The translations under genes were made by a program, and so were the position numbers. Positions 11,771-25,971 of a stretch of 64,000 bases of DNA are shown piece after piece. The notes beneath the pieces were generated by a model that saw only the letters and a list, made by a program, of their open reading frames with translations, was not told the DNA's origin and ran no database searches. Source of the stretch: Chiloscyllium plagiosum (taxonomy: Eukaryota); NCBI RefSeq assembly GCF_004010195.1, contig NC_057720.1:14733751-14797750 (forward strand). The letters run 5' to 3'. The stretch's first letter is position 1; every line of letters begins with the position of its first letter.

Positions 11771-13588
11771 AATTAACTTAGCGTTTACCCTGATGTCACT
11801 CTTGTGTGCTGGGCCCCTGATCCTGAGCTTCAATTTATCTTGTTAAACAAATCTTACAAACTATGAGCTAAAAACAAACAAGCGAAAAGTACCTCTTGCC
11901 CTCTGCAACAAATTCCCACGCTGCATTCAAATTCCCAAACTATACTCTCACTCGGGCTATGTCTCCCTTTTGATGTGACCTCTCATTCCTGACTGTGCGA
12001 AGCTTACTGATCCTACATCCACAATCAATTTAGTCTTGAATTATGCAGTTACGATCCTCCACAATGTTAGATTAAAACTGATAGTCTCTCAGCTTCATTC
12101 ACCTGACTTTCCTCCATACCTGTATCCCCTGACCAAACAAAAACCTATCAATCACAAGACTAAAGTTTTCAATGATTCATCATCCACAACAAGTTTGGAA
12201 TAGAGTTCAGACTTCTGTTAATGTTTCTGTGGATAAAAGATAGAAGCCACAATATTTATACTTTAACTGCTCTCTTGTCAGTGATCTAACTTCTCTTCTG
12301 GCCAGTCCATCAGCTGAGTGTAAACATTCGTGACTCATTGATCCAGAGTTGAACTTCATTCATTTGTAGAATGCAGATGTCATTGGCGAGGGCAGCATTG
12401 TTGCTCATCCCTAATTGCCTTTGAACTGTGTGGCTTGCTAAGCCATTTCAAAGGGAAGTGAAGGGTCAATGACATTGCTGTGAGGCTGGAGTCACACATG
12501 GACCAGACAAATAAGAATGACTGATTTGCTTCACACCATTGAGCCAAATGGGTATTTATAATAATCAACAATGTTACATGGTCGCCATTAGACTACATTT
12601 TTTAAATTCCAGACTTTTTCTCAATAGACATCAAATTTGACCACCTGCCATGGTGTTCTTCAAAAGCATGTTGTCCAGAATATTATCTTGGGGTTCTGGA
12701 TTATCTGTCCAGTGACACAATGACTACACTATCATCTCCCCCAACCCTGCACCCTATTCTTCATTATGTTGATCTCTTTCCTCCTGCACATTGACTACCT
12801 AAATCTCAGGCCTGGGCCCATTCCAGTTAAATCCTTATCTACGCTTTGCAACTACAGTGCCTCATATCCTCCATGCTGGAATTTGCTTTCTGTAAACCAC
12901 AACTAATCAACTCACATGCTGTTGCATCCACTTACCATCAGTGCACCTTGTCCAGAGCTCTCTACATGGCTTTAGTCCAGCCCAGCACTGTAACATCTCC
13001 TCCTGCATTCTGGCTTTCCCCTGACCCTGCTCTGTTACACATTTGTTCTTTCTTTACCCTCACCATGGTGATAGTGCCTTCCGAAGCTTTACCCCTAATA
13101 TTTGGAATACCTTCTCTTAAAAATCCTTTCATCTCCTCAGTTCATATTTTCAGTTCAGCATTTGATCACTGCATGCTAACTCTCATACCACAGCAGTGTT
13201 TTCTTTTTTTCCCAAAATACCTCTGTATGCATCTTAGGATATTTTCTACATTAAAAGAGCAATGTAGTTGCCATTTGTTTTTGTTAGTTGAGAGTTTCAG
13301 TTTTAACAATTGTCAGTAGCGTTCAATGTCTGGTGCTTTTATGTTTAGTTATTTTATTATTCAGTGTTCAACGAGAGAGATTTCAGAGCTCAGAGATAGA
13401 GCTCTTTATACACCCCATATTCTAGTACGTGAATCATAAAAGGCATGTAGGTACAGCAAGTAATTAAGAAAGCTAATTGAAGGTAATCAAAGGGAATTGC
13501 AAAGGGAATTGAATTTGGAAGTAATGAGGTTATACTTAAATTATACAAGGCACTAGTGAGACCAAATCAGCAGTACTATGTGTAGTAT

Positions 13589-15168
13589 TAAGTTAAAAAT
13601 CACACAACAGCAGGTTGTAGTCCAACAGGTTTACTTGGAAGCATTAGCTTTCGGAGCACTGCTTCTTGATCAGATGGTTGTGGGGTATAAGATCGTAAGA
13701 CACAGAATTTATAGAAAACGTTTACAGTGTGATGTAACTGAAATTAGTTAAAAATCACACAACACCAGGTTATAATCCAACAGGTTTATTTGGAAGCACT
13801 AGCTGCTCCTTCATCAGGGGGTTGTAGAATATAAGATCATAAGACACTGAATTTATAGCAAAAGTTGACAGTGTGATACATCGTTCTGCAAGTATAAATC
13901 ATGGATACTACCATTACGCGTGGGGACACCTCCCAACATGTATGTGGCAGGTACTCATGCGACTCAGCGAACGTCGTCTATTACATATGCTGCAGGTAAG
14001 GATGCCATGAGGCATGGTACATTGATGAGACCAAGCACAGGCTACGGCTACAGATGAATTGACATCACACAACAATCAACAGACAGAAGTGTTCCCTCCC
14101 AGCAGGAGAACACTTCAGCGGTCCAGGATATTCGACCTCGCACCTTCAGGTGACCGTCCTCCAAGGCGGACTTCGGGAGAGGCAACAATGAAAAGTGGCC
14201 GAGCAGAGGCTGATAGCCAAGTTCCGTACCCATGGGGATGGCCTCAACCGGGATCTCATGTCACACTACAGGTGACCCCACTGCACCACACACACACAGA
14301 CAGACGCACACACACAGACAGACAGACATTCCTACATACATACACTCCTACAGACACACACACTCTCCTACAGACCCACACACTCATGCAGACCCTCTCT
14401 CATATGCTCACATATACACTCACACATTCACCCTCTCACCGACTTATACCCCTTTACATTCACCCTCACACACATACACACACTCTCTCACAGACAATCA
14501 TAATCCTCACCCCCCCACACCCACATACACACATAAGTTTGTGGGGTGAATTTGTGCTTGCAGAATTACATTTTACTTTGCTCAGAAACTGCATGAATCC
14601 ATGTAAGATTCTGTAAATCCATTCTTTAGATTAGTATCAGTCTGACTATTGTGCCAAAGACAGTCTCACACAGGGCTGACATGACACCAATTGTGAACGT
14701 AACTTTTAAATGTTCTATGATTTACATTTGAAAGAAGTGAAAACAACATGTTCATGACTTAACAAACAATCCAGGTCTTTTTCAATATATAATTTCAGTT
14801 ATAGCGTCATAGAGATGTACAGCATGGAAACAGACCCTTCAGTCCAACTTTTGTGAAAAATTCTGTGTCTTACGATCTTATACTCCACAACCAGGTGAAT
14901 TGGCCATGCTAAATTGCCCGTAGTGTTAGGTAAGGGGTAAATGTAGGGGTATGGGTGGGTTGCACTTCGGCGGGTCGGTGTGGACTTGTTGGGCCGAAGG
15001 GCCTGTTTCCACACTGTAATGTAATCTAATCTAATCTAAAAACCATGTGATGAAGGAGCAGCGCTCAAAAAGCTAGTGCTTCCAAATATACCTGTTGGAG
15101 TATAACCTAACGCTGTGTGACTTTTACCTTTGTTCACCCCAGTCCAACACCGGCATCTCCAAATCAAT
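13589..15168 (+). mobile_element. Penelope-like element 3' part: inverted pLTR pieces, decayed GIY-YIG endonuclease, CA-rich tract, direct pLTR and tail
   Basis: Degenerate NVVY...WYI.ETK..LR.RMN.H...EHFSGPG...AEQRLIAKF..GLNRD at about 13960-14260. Two inverted copies of the terminal repeat at 13590-13880. TGTAGTAT duplicated at 13581-13588 and 15169-15176. It splits a CR1 fragment. Confidence 0.85.
14894..15038 (+). mobile_element. 5'-truncated V-SINE
   Basis: 3' half of the SINE consensus with a (CTAAT)n tail, flanked by AACCA. Confidence 0.8.
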
Positions 15169-17115
15169 TGTAGTATAGGTCTCCTTATTTAAGGAAAGAT
15201 GTTAATGGATTGGGAGTAGTTAAGAAAAAGTTAATCAGATTAATTATTGGGTTTGGTGGGTTGTCTAATGCAGCAAGGTTGGACAGATTAGGCTTGTAAC
15301 TGCTAGAGTTTACAAGTATAAGAGACAACCTGATTGAAATATATAACATCTTGAAGGATTTTGACAGAGTAGCTGTGGAAAAAATGGTTCCTCTTATGGG
15401 AGAAACCAGAACTAGGGATCACCAAATTTTCTTTCTCACAAAAGGTCTGCAGAGGAATCAGTCATTGATCATTTTTAAAATAGGAGTGGATAGATTCTTG
15501 GAAAGAGGTTATCAGGGCAGGGTTGGAATATGGATTAATTTACAACAGATCAGCCACCAACTTATTAAATAGTGGAGCAGACTCAAGAGGCTGAATGACC
15601 TATTCCTTTGCTTTGTGCATATGCTGACTGCATTTGTACCAGAAGAGTTTTTATACGTTTGTACTGCCATAACTGATTATTTCTTTTTACATTAAAAGAT
15701 AATTTGAAATCAGTGATGAAGTAATTAATCACTGACCTTAAAGAAAATTTGCCACGTAAGTTCTAGTAATTTCTCCTTTTCCAGAATCTGTTTGAATCTT
15801 GCCAAGTTGGATCACCAGGCATCAAACAATAATCATGTCATTAATCAGAGCACACAGCCAATCACATTGAAGTATGCTTAAAAAGCCAAAAAAATCAAAA
15901 GCATAAATTGAATCAGTTCACTTTTAGAAAGTTTACAAAGTGTAAAGGTAATAATGGTATGTTCCCATTGGATTAAGTTAGGCACTGGAACTTCTCAAGA
16001 ATAGGTTTCTAGAAACCTTGAGTGAATTTTTTTATGATGACAGAGACATTTGACTTAAATGTAAATGTAGTGATTTCATTAATAGTGAGGCTGTTCAGCA
16101 TTTACTATGACCTTACTGTTAAGGTAACACACCACTTAAAACGCAGTTGCACCTCAGTAAGACGTGTTATTTTATTGCCAATTGCATTCAAACTGCTGGG
16201 CATTCAACAGTACATTCTACAGGAAAGTATAGAATCGCTGATTGCAATTTGTGGATTTCTGCATTTTTAACTGTGCTTGTGCACATTTCAGATATAACAA
16301 CAACTGCTGATATTTTTGCTGCCAGTGTTGTTGCAAAATCCAGATCATTGCATTTGCCATTCCACAGTAACAAACCTTTGTACAGCAGCTCAGGAAGCAA
16401 GGAATTCAGAACATGCTCACAGAGAAAAAAGAAAAGCATATGGGGCGGTGTTGAGGTAGGGGGACAATACTAATGAAAGTACCAAAGAAGAAGACAAACA
16501 ATACAAGAATTTTCATTTACAGGGATTTTTAAAGAGTAATCAATTAACAGGAAAAGTAAGAATAATAGAGTATCTTAACTATAATGATTACAACAGAGGC
16601 ATAATTTATATATGTGTCATTTTAACTGTGAGAAGGTTATTTGCCTCATCCATCCTTTCAGCCAGTGAGCTCCAGATCCCATCAATGTGGTGAAACAATT
16701 GTACTCAACTCCATTCAAATCCATAGAGTATTAGGGATCTCACATGTATCAGAGAAAGATAAAGATGAGACTGTGATTGGATTTAAAAGGACTTAGTTTA
16801 ATTTTGACATGTTGACTGACCGAGAACCAATATAGATCAGCCAGGATGGAGGTTGATGGGTGAATGGAATTTGATGCAGTTTAGAATATGGAAAGCAGAG
16901 TATCAGTTGGGGTGATTTTTTTTAATAGACATTGGAACATGGGAAGCAGAAGGAGAGCACTGGACGAAAGCAATATTAATATACAAATAACTTTATCAAG
17001 TGAAAACTTTTTTCGAAACTTTCAGATCAAAATCCAGGTTGTTGTCTTTGTGACAGCTCTCCTTGAAGACTGAAAACTGACTTTGTATCAATCTAACAAC
17101 ACAATGGCACTGACG

Positions 17116-18225
17116 CAATAGACAATAGGTGCAGGAGTAGGCCATTCTGCCCTTCGTGCTTGCACCAAAATTCAATATGATCATGGCTGATCATCCTTAA
17201 TCAGTATCCCGTTCCTGTCTTGTCTCCGTAACCCTCGATTCCACTATCCTTGAGAGCTCTATCCAACTCTTTCTTAAATGAATCCAGAGACTGGGCCTCC
17301 ACTACCCTCTAGGGAAGAGCATTCCACACAGCCACCACTCTCTGGGTGAAGACGTTTCTCCTCATCTCTGTCCTAAATGGTCTACCCCGAATTTTTAAGC
17401 TGTGTCCTCTGGTTCGGCACTCGCCCATCAGCGGAAACATGTTTCCTGCCTCCAGTGTGTCCAATCCTTTAATAATCTTANNNNNNNNNNNNNNNNNNNN
17501 NNNNNNNNNNNNNNNNNNNNNNNNNNNNNNNNNNNNNNNNNNNNNNNNNNNNNNNNNNNNNNNNNNNNNNNNNNNNNNNNNNNNNNNNNGACTGGTGTAC
17601 AAGAACATCCAGATCTCTCTGTACTGCCCCTTTACATAAATTGATTCCATTGAGGTAGTAGTCTGCCTTCCTGTTCTTTCTACCAAAGTGGATAACCATA
17701 CATTTATCCACATTAAACTGCATCTTCCATTCATCTGCCCACTCACCTAACTTGTCCAGGTCACCCTGTAATCTCCTAACATCCTCATCACATTTCACCC
17801 TGCCACCCAGCTTTGTATCATCAGCACATTTGCTAATGTTATTACTAATACCATCTTCTATATCATTAATATATATTGTAAAAAGCTGCAGTCCCAGTAC
17901 TGGGCCCTGCGGTACCCCACTGGTCACTGCCTGCCATTCCGAAATGGAGCCGTTTATCACTACTCTTTGTTTCCTGTCAGCCAACCAACTTTCAATCCAA
18001 GTTAGTACTTTGTCCCCAGTACCATGCACCCTAATTTTGCTCACTAACCTCCTGTGTGGGACTTTATCAAAAGCTTTCTGAAAGTCCAGGTACACTACAT
18101 CTACTGGATCTCCCTCGTCCATCTTCAGAGTTACATCCTCCAAAAATTCCAGAAGGTTAGTCAAGCATGATTTCCCCTTCATAAATCCATGCTGACTCTG
18201 ACCTATCCTGTTACTACTATCCAGG
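17116..18225 (-). mobile_element. CR1-type LINE, RT region and 3' end (N gap at 17481-17589)
   Basis: ORF 17478-18182 reads KSCLTNLLEF...YLDFQKAFDKVPH...SGVPQG...ADDTKLGG. Confidence 0.92.
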
Positions 18226-18499
18226 CATTTATGTCAGAAAGTTTAATATTTAGGCTTGCAGTGGGAAAGCTGACAGAAATATGAAATTTGCTGGAGCAGA
18301 CTATGCTCCGGCTCTTTAAGCCAACCCCAGTATTAATATCCCACTTCCTGGTTTCCAAACAAACCAGAATAGGCAGATGTGATGATAGTCCACAGCTGAT
18401 GTTTAAGACTTTCTAATTACAGGCTACCTTCAGTGGTACAAATGGAGAATTGTCAGGACAGGGAGAGCAAGCATGATGATGGAGTTTCAGCATGGGATG

Positions 18500-19100
18500 A
18501 ATACCTCCCATCCCATTCCCCCAGTTTCTCTGTGGTGATATGGAATTGCAGAGAAACACTCTTTCCAGTGAACAGAAGAAAGAGGCCAGCCTATTGAAGT
18601 CAAACAGTTCTGACTGTAAGTGGTAATGGAAGTCACCAACAGGAGAGCGCTACCTCACTCTGGGACACAATGCCAAAAGGCCCTTGACTTCATCAAGGCA
18701 AGAAAAAGAAGAGCCATTCCTTATTCAAGTAACTAATTTGCAGAGTTCCACAGCACTCTTCTGTGCAGCATTCCTCAGATCAATACACCTTGGGGCTTAA
18801 TTGATTCCCCCCCCCTCTCTCTCTCTCTCAAAGGACCTCATCATATCTTGATGTGAAGTGCCACCAACGACACCTACCTTCATCTTATTGCCATTTACTC
18901 TTCCATTGTCTCAAAACATTTAATTTTTTACATATAATTCTAATTTCTCACCTTGCAGAAGAAGCAAAAACAAGTGCAGAACTCCAGGGAGGTACAGAAA
19001 TCCTAAGTAGCTAACCAACCAATAATCATGCAACATGGGGTACTAGAAATCAGACTGTTGGAGTGCGTGGTTGTTCGAGATAGAAAGATGGAGGACTCCT
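18500..19100 (+). mobile_element. Possible PIF/Harbinger Myb/SANT-like gene relic
   Basis: Degenerate reading RETLFP...KRP...KQF*L*VVMEVT.R....SGTQCQK..DFIKARK, followed by an intron-like stretch and an acceptor near 18958. Confidence 0.4.
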
Positions 19101-19919
19101 AGATATCCAATCACAGAATTAGATGTCATAAAACCACTTGATAGACAACTCTCAGACATTGTTGATGTCATCAGTAACTGAAGTATGATGATCTACCCAG
19201 TGCTGACTTTGAACCCTCTCCTCTTGTCTGTTCTAATTCATCTCCAGAAAGCTCTTCAAATTTGATGCGGGCCTAGTGCAGGAGAAGGGTGAGGAGTCAT
19301 CAGAGGAGGCCAAACTCTCTTAAAAACACTGCCACAACAGTCATACACATTTCCACCAGCTCCTGGTTAACAAGTAAGCGTTGGTGAGTCGTCACTGGGA
19401 ATATGAAGAAATGCAGTGTGGATGCTGGGGCTCTGTTTATGACTCCACATTCCTACCCCCTTACCTAATCCCATCCCAAGCCCCACCACACACCCTACAC
19501 CAACATGAATTGTCAGTTGTCAGAGCAGGGGAATGAACAGCCTGCCTTCCTCTGTTATGTCACCATATAGACTTAATAAAAATAAAGGAGAAAAGCTTCA
19601 TATTTTCATAAGGAAAAACACTTAGGTGTTTCCAAGTATGACAATGTCAAATTTGGTGTCAATATTAACAAACCATAAAGTCCATTGTCCAGTCATCTCG
19701 ATTGTTGCTTTTCGCTTGTCAAGTAGCCATTCCCCATAAGGAAAATAGTGCGACCAGAGTAGAAGCTGATTTCTTACTGCCGTGTATTGGGGAAGCCAGT
19801 GAGTTTAACTGGTTTGTGAGATAGTTTCACAGATTCTGGTTAGATGCATTGTACCTGTATAATCCTGTCATGGGTGCCTCTGGCAGATAGGTGATCAGTT
19901 GCAGAAGTCCACTCTGGTT

Positions 19920-20995
19920 ACATAGAACAGTACAGCACAGTGCAGACTCTTTGGCTTTCAATGCTGTGCTGACCTTTTACCGTACTCCAAGATCAAACTG
20001 AGGTACATACCCTTCATTTTACTATCATCTATGTATCTATCAATTATGTACCTAGAGTCATGTAAATGTCCTTAATGTATCGAACTCTACTACCACAACT
20101 GGCAGTGCATTCCATGCACCCACCATTCTCTGTGTAAAGAACCAAACTCTAACATCTCCCCTAAACTTTCTTCCAATCAGCTTAAAATTATGCCCCCTTG
20201 TGATAGCTAGGAAAAAAGTCTCTTACTATTCACTCTTTCTATGCCTCTCATCATCTTGTACACCTCTATCAACCCACCTCTTATCCCTCTTTGATCCAAT
20301 GAGAAAAGCTCTAGCTTCCTCAACCTTTCTTCATAAGACATATCCTCCAGTCCAGGCAGCATCCTGATAAATCTCCTCTGTACCCTCTCTAAAGCTTCCA
20401 CATCCTTCCTCTAATGAGGTGACTGGAACTGAACACAATATTCCAAGTGTGGTCTAACCAGGGCTCTATAGGGTTGCAACATAACCTTGCGGCTCTTAAA
20501 CTCAGCCCCCCTGCTAATGAAAGTCAACACATCATAAGCCTTCTTAACAACCCAATCTACTTAGATAGCAACTTTGAAGTATCTACAGACCTGGATCCCA
20601 AGATCCCTCTGTTCTTCAACACTGCCAAGAATCCTCCCTTTAACCCTGTTTTCTGTATTCAAATTTGACCTTCCAAAATGAATCACTTTACACTTTTCCA
20701 GGTTGAACTCTATCTGCCACTTCTCAGCTCAGTTCTGCATCCTGTCAATGTCTCATTGCAACCTACAACAGCCCTCCACACTATCCACCACTCCAACAAC
20801 TTTCATGTCATTGGCAAACTTACTGACCCACCTTTCCACTTCCTCATCTAATTTGTTATAAAAATCACAAAGAACAGATGTCCCAGAATAGATCCTTACA
20901 GAACGCCACTGATCAACGAACTCCAGGCTGAATACTTTCCATCTATTGCCACTCTCTGTCTTCATGGGCCAGTCAATTCTGTATCCAGACAATTT
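19920..20995 (-). mobile_element. CR1-type LINE fragment
   Basis: SKFAND.KV.GVVDS and ALERVQRRF.RMLPGL motifs. Confidence 0.88.
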
Positions 20996-21799
20996 TGTAT
21001 CCTCTTGATGTTCCTGCTCTTCATCCAGAAGAGTGGTTACAGCAGTCATTACCTTCCTCCTCCTGCAATTCCAGTCCTCTCTTGTGTTATATGGTACAAT
21101 GCATTCTTTGTTCTGTTCTAGAAAACCAAGCAGTGAGAGATAGAACTGGAGCCAATTGTTTACACTTCAATCAGTTTTTTTTTTACAAAAGATACAAATT
21201 ACTAACACACAGCTCCAAATCCTACAACTACATTTTCAGTTTACTCTTAGATATAGGAGCATAGGTAAATCCCCAGTCAGTACCCTTAATGTGTCTTCAA
21301 TTCACTCATTATAATTATTCATCTGCGTCCACCATCTGAGTGTCTTGTGCACCTTCAAACACGATTAAATGTAAATATGACCAGGAACCATTTCAGTTTC
21401 TTTTTAATTCATTTGTGGGCCATGGTCACGAATGGCTGATCAGCATTTATTGCCCATACCTAGTTGCCCTTGAGAAGGTGGTGGTTAAGTTCCCTTCTTG
21501 AACTGCTGCAGTCTATGTACTGTAAGCTGACCCACAATGCACTTAGAGAGGCAATTTCTAACATGGCCTTTTTGATATTGTAACTCCCAAGGTACCTGTA
21601 TCTAGAATTCCATTCCTACATCCTGGCCACTTTTACAGGTTAAATTTCACCATTTTGCATCTACAATTACCAACCTCTGATTAGTCACAGGGTTAACACC
21701 TTAACACTTAGGGGCCCTTCAGTAATAAAAAAGGGAATTGCTACCAACACTTTGATCATAAACTTAAATTCTTGAGAAACATCATACCAAAACAATTAG

Positions 21800-23040
21800 G
21801 AACAACTTACTGCAGATGCTGGATTCTGTACTGAAAACAACAAATGCTGGAGATCAGAGTGGGTTAGGCAGCATCCACGGAGAGAGAGCAAGCTAACATT
21901 TTGAGTCTAGATAACTCTTCATCACAGCTGACGTGAAGTGTGGAGGGTTAGCATTTATGCTATAGTTCAGGGAAGGGTAATGGCTGTAGGGTGCTGGGGG
22001 AGAAGAGATGTTCGTAGTTTACATGAAGTAATTGGATTGTGAGAATGGCAGAACAATGGTGTTCCTCCTTCCAGAATTGAAAGGACAGTAAGTGAGATGG
22101 GGGAGGGCAGGACATGATTAAAAGCTAAAAGAAAGGAAAGGAATGGTTCACAATTTAAAGGTGTTGAACTCAATATTAAGTACAGAAGGCTATAAAGTGC
22201 CTAATCTGAAGATGAGATGTTGTTCCTCCAGTTTGCGTTGTGTTTCACTGAAACACTGCAGCATGCCAAGGACAGACATGTGGGCATGCGAGCAGGTCGC
22301 TGTGTTAAAATGACCGGGGAAGTCTCGGGTTTTGCGCACAGATTGGAGGTGTTCTGCAAAGCGGTCACCCAGCCTGCATTTGGTTTCTCCAATGTAGAGT
22401 AGGCCACATTGGCTGCAGCAAACACAATACACAAGATTAGAGGAGGTACAGGTGAAATGCTGCTTCATCTGTAAAGACCGCAATTACATGGGAATTTGCC
22501 GTGGAGAGGAGTGTGTTGGTGGTTGTGGAAAGGACTACGATGTCCCAGAGGGAATGTCCCCTGCAAAATGCAGATTGGGGAGTGAGGGGAAGATGTGTTT
22601 CGTAGTGGCATTTTGCTAGAGTTGTCTAAATGGCAGAGAATGGTAGGGACAGCACAGTGGCTCAGTGGTTAGCACTGTTGCCTCACAGCATCTGAGACCC
22701 GGATTTGATTCCCACCTTGGGTGACTGTGGGTGACTATCTGTGTGGAGTTTGCACATTCTCCCTGTGTCTGCGTGGGTTTCCCCCAGGTGCTGTAGTTTC
22801 CTCCCACAATCCAAAGATGTGCAGGTTAGGTGAATTGGCAAAGCTAAATTGCCCATGGTGTTCAGGGATGAGCAGATTAGTCTGGGATAATGAAGAATAG
22901 TAAGGGAATGGGCCTGGCTGGGTTACTCTTCAGAGGGCTGGTGTGGAATTGTTGGGCCAAAGGGTCTGTTTCCACACTGTAGGAATTCTAATTCTAATTC
23001 AGAATAATCCTTTGAATACAGAAACTGGTGGGATGAAAAG
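21800..23040 (-). mobile_element. Penelope-like element fragment with GIY-YIG endonuclease
   Basis: ORF 22190-22483 reads FTCTSSNLVYCVCCSQCGLLYIGETKCRLGDRFAEH...RKLEEQHLIFRLGTL. A decayed hammerhead-like terminal motif lies at about 21892-21928, and a V-SINE is inserted at 22645-23000. Confidence 0.85.
22645..23000 (+). mobile_element. V-SINE (HE1-like)
   Basis: Full-length match to the other SINE copies. Confidence 0.85.
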
Positions 23041-23289
23041 AAATTATCTTAGTGCAACTTCTTTCGACATAATCTTTGAATGTACCTTTAAATTTTGAGA
23101 TAAGTTTACGGTTTGAACAGTATAACAAAGGTGATGAGTAAACCTCCCTTGTAAACTGTGCCAGTAAATACAAAGCATCTTTATATTGTTTGAGTATGTT
23201 ACATTGGAAATGCTGAGCTACAATTTTCTATTAAATAAAAGAGGAAATTCCTGATTCCCTCCATTCAATTCTGCAGTATTTGAAAATAG

Positions 23290-24168
23290 TATCGAGAGCT
23301 TCTTGCAGGCTGCAGTGTGACATAGACAGGATGCAGAGCTGGGCTGAGAAATGGCAGATAGAGTTCGCTCTGGATAAATGTGAAGTTATGCATTTTGAAA
23401 GGTCGAACTTGAATGCTGAATATAGGATTAAAGACAGATTCTTGGCAGTGTGGAGGAACAGAGGGATTTTGGTGTTCAAGTGCATAGATCCCTCAAAGTT
23501 GCCACCCAAGTGGATAGGGTTGTTAAGAAAACTTATGGTGTTTTGACTTTCATTAACAGACGGGTCGAGTTTAAGAGCCGCAAGGTTTTGCTGCAGTTCT
23601 ACAAGTCCCTGGAGAGACCACACTTGGAATATTGTGTCCAGTTCTGGTCACCCTAGGGAAGATAGGAGGCTTTGGAGAGGGTGCAAAGAAGGTTTACCAG
23701 GATGCTGCCTGGACTGGAGGATTTGCCTTATGAAGAGAGGTTGACTAAGCTTGGACTTTTTTCTCTGGAGAGGAGGAAAAGGGGGGGGTGATCTGATCGA
23801 GGCGTGCAAGGTAATGAGAGGCATGGATAGAATTGATAGCCAGAGACTTTTCCCCAGGGCAGATTGACTGGCACAAGGTTTTAAGGTGTTGGGGGGCGGG
23901 TATAGAGGAGACGTCAGAGGTAGTTTCTTTTCGCAGAGAGTTGTGAGCGCATGGAATGCGTTGCCAGTGGTGGTGGTGGAAGCTTCCACCACCACCACAA
24001 GCCCATGTCCATGTGCATATCCAGCAGACGCTTAAATGCCCCTAATGGTGGACAGCAGTGAATTGAGGGGGGTGTAGTTTAGGTTATTTTGTTTTAGGTT
24101 ATGATTAATTCTCGGCACATCATTATGAGCCGAAGGGCTTGTTCTGTGCTATACTTTTCTATGTTCTA
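23290..24168 (+). mobile_element. CR1-type LINE 3' fragment with an internal inversion
   Basis: WAEKWQ.EF..DKCEVMHF and RPHLEYCVQFWSP motifs. Confidence 0.88.
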
Positions 24169-25971
24169 TCTGTAGATTGAGAAACAGAGTTAATCTTTCA
24201 AATCAATGACCTTTCACCTTTGTCTTCACCATAAGTTCAAACATCCATTAGACTACAACTTTGAAATTGGTACTTTTTATTAATTGTAGGTAACTGCAGC
24301 ATTTTCATAATCTTAAGCATTTATTAGCCATATTTTCTAATTTTTTAAAAAGGGTGGCATCTTCAAATAGTGTCAGGGTCTGCAACTTTTCTATAACAAT
24401 CATTTAATTTGTTCGAGGTATGAAATGGTTCTATCATCAGTTACAGTCTTCCTGTATCATAGGAGGGAATTAAGATACTCAGTCTTATCTTTAACGTCCA
24501 CTTAACAAGAGCTTGCTGTAAATTGACTGCTATTATATTATGCTATGGCTGTGACTGTGGATGGAATTAATGTCCTGTTCTCAAGCAAGATTGATGGTGG
24601 TAAAGTGTATTTATTTGGATGGCAGGGTGCCATGTGGGGACACTGCCCCCTTTCTCCCTCTCCTCCAATTAACTCTGGGGCAGGATTTAATTCCCACTTA
24701 AGGGCCTCATGCCACTCTAGTGTTGAACCAGCAGCAGCAGAGCATTCATTGCATGGGAAGCCTGAAAAGCAAATCCCATATTCTTGCAGTGTCCTAGGTG
24801 GGTGGGGATTTCTTCATTTAATGACACTGACTACCTGATTGAGGGACCTAGCATTGGAAACAGGAGTGTCCATTGAGTCCTGCCCTTACTGTTGACCCCT
24901 TCAGCACCTCCATGATTCCCAATCCATGACCCTTGCTGATGATGAAACCTGCTTTTGACAGCTGCCAGTCCTGATTGGTCAGCAGATTGTTCTCAAGCGA
25001 CATGATTAACACCTCCTGGGTCCTTAAAGTCAGGGAAGGCTCGCAAGCAAGACATAAGTCACCTCAAAATACATCATATTTCAGAACAATTTCTTTGTGA
25101 AGTATATTGGGACTTCCTTAGATCATTAAAGACCCTATATAAATGCATGACATATTTTCTTGTATTATGCTTTTCTATTTTGTGCATTCTATTGAACTAT
25201 AGAAAGGTTACAGCACAGAAAGGGTTTCAAGGGATGTGGGCCAAGTACTGGCAAATGGAACTAGATTAGGTTGGGATATCTGGTCAGCATGGACGAGTTG
25301 GACTGAAGGGTCTGTTTCTGTGGTGTACATCTCTATGACTTTATGAGAAAGAAGTCATTCAGCCCATCATATCTGCAGCAGCTGACTAAACCAGCACCAT
25401 TCTCATCCCATTTCCTGGTACCTAGTCTGTAGCTTTGCCCGTTTCAACACTTAAGGTGCAGGTCCCAGTGCCATTTAAATTGGTTTCATGGGCTATGGGC
25501 CTCTCTGCCTAGAACAATATTTATTGCCTGCCCCTAATTGCCCACAGGCAGTTAAAAATCAACCATATTGCCATGGCTGTGGAGTCACATTTAGGCCAGG
25601 CCAGGCCAGGTAAGGATGGCAGCTTTCATTCCTTAAAGAAAATTAGTGAACTAGATGGGTTTTTAATAACATTCATCAATGGTTACTTGGCCACTCTCAG
25701 GATAGTTCCAAAATTTTATTGAATTCAGATTTTACCACCTGATGTTCTATTTAAACATATAATCCTAGAATATTAGCCTGGAGTTCTGGATTAGTAGATC
25801 AGTGACATTAGCACAATGCTACCACCCGCCTTGAGTTGAGGATTTCCATGTACAATAATGAGTAAATTCTCGTGGTGGCATGGTACAACTAAGTGATTTG
25901 CTAGGCCATTTTGGAGGGAATTTAGGTGTCAGTGTGGATCTGGGACCAGCCAGGACATTGCTAAATTAGGG

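Larger units (their letters stand above)
13425..15615 (+). mobile_element. CR1 fragment split by the Penelope-like insertion (pieces at about 13425-13588 and 15177-15615)
   Basis: The LVRP..EY..../SPYLRKD reading continues across the insertion. Confidence 0.7.

Noticed and set aside
14059..14616. 185-aa His/Thr-rich ORF
   Set aside because: Read-through of a degenerate CA microsatellite inside the Penelope-like element.
16022..16473. Overlapping ORFs in non-repetitive intergenic DNA
   Set aside because: No recognisable protein similarity or convincing splice pattern. It could be regulatory, but I cannot support that.
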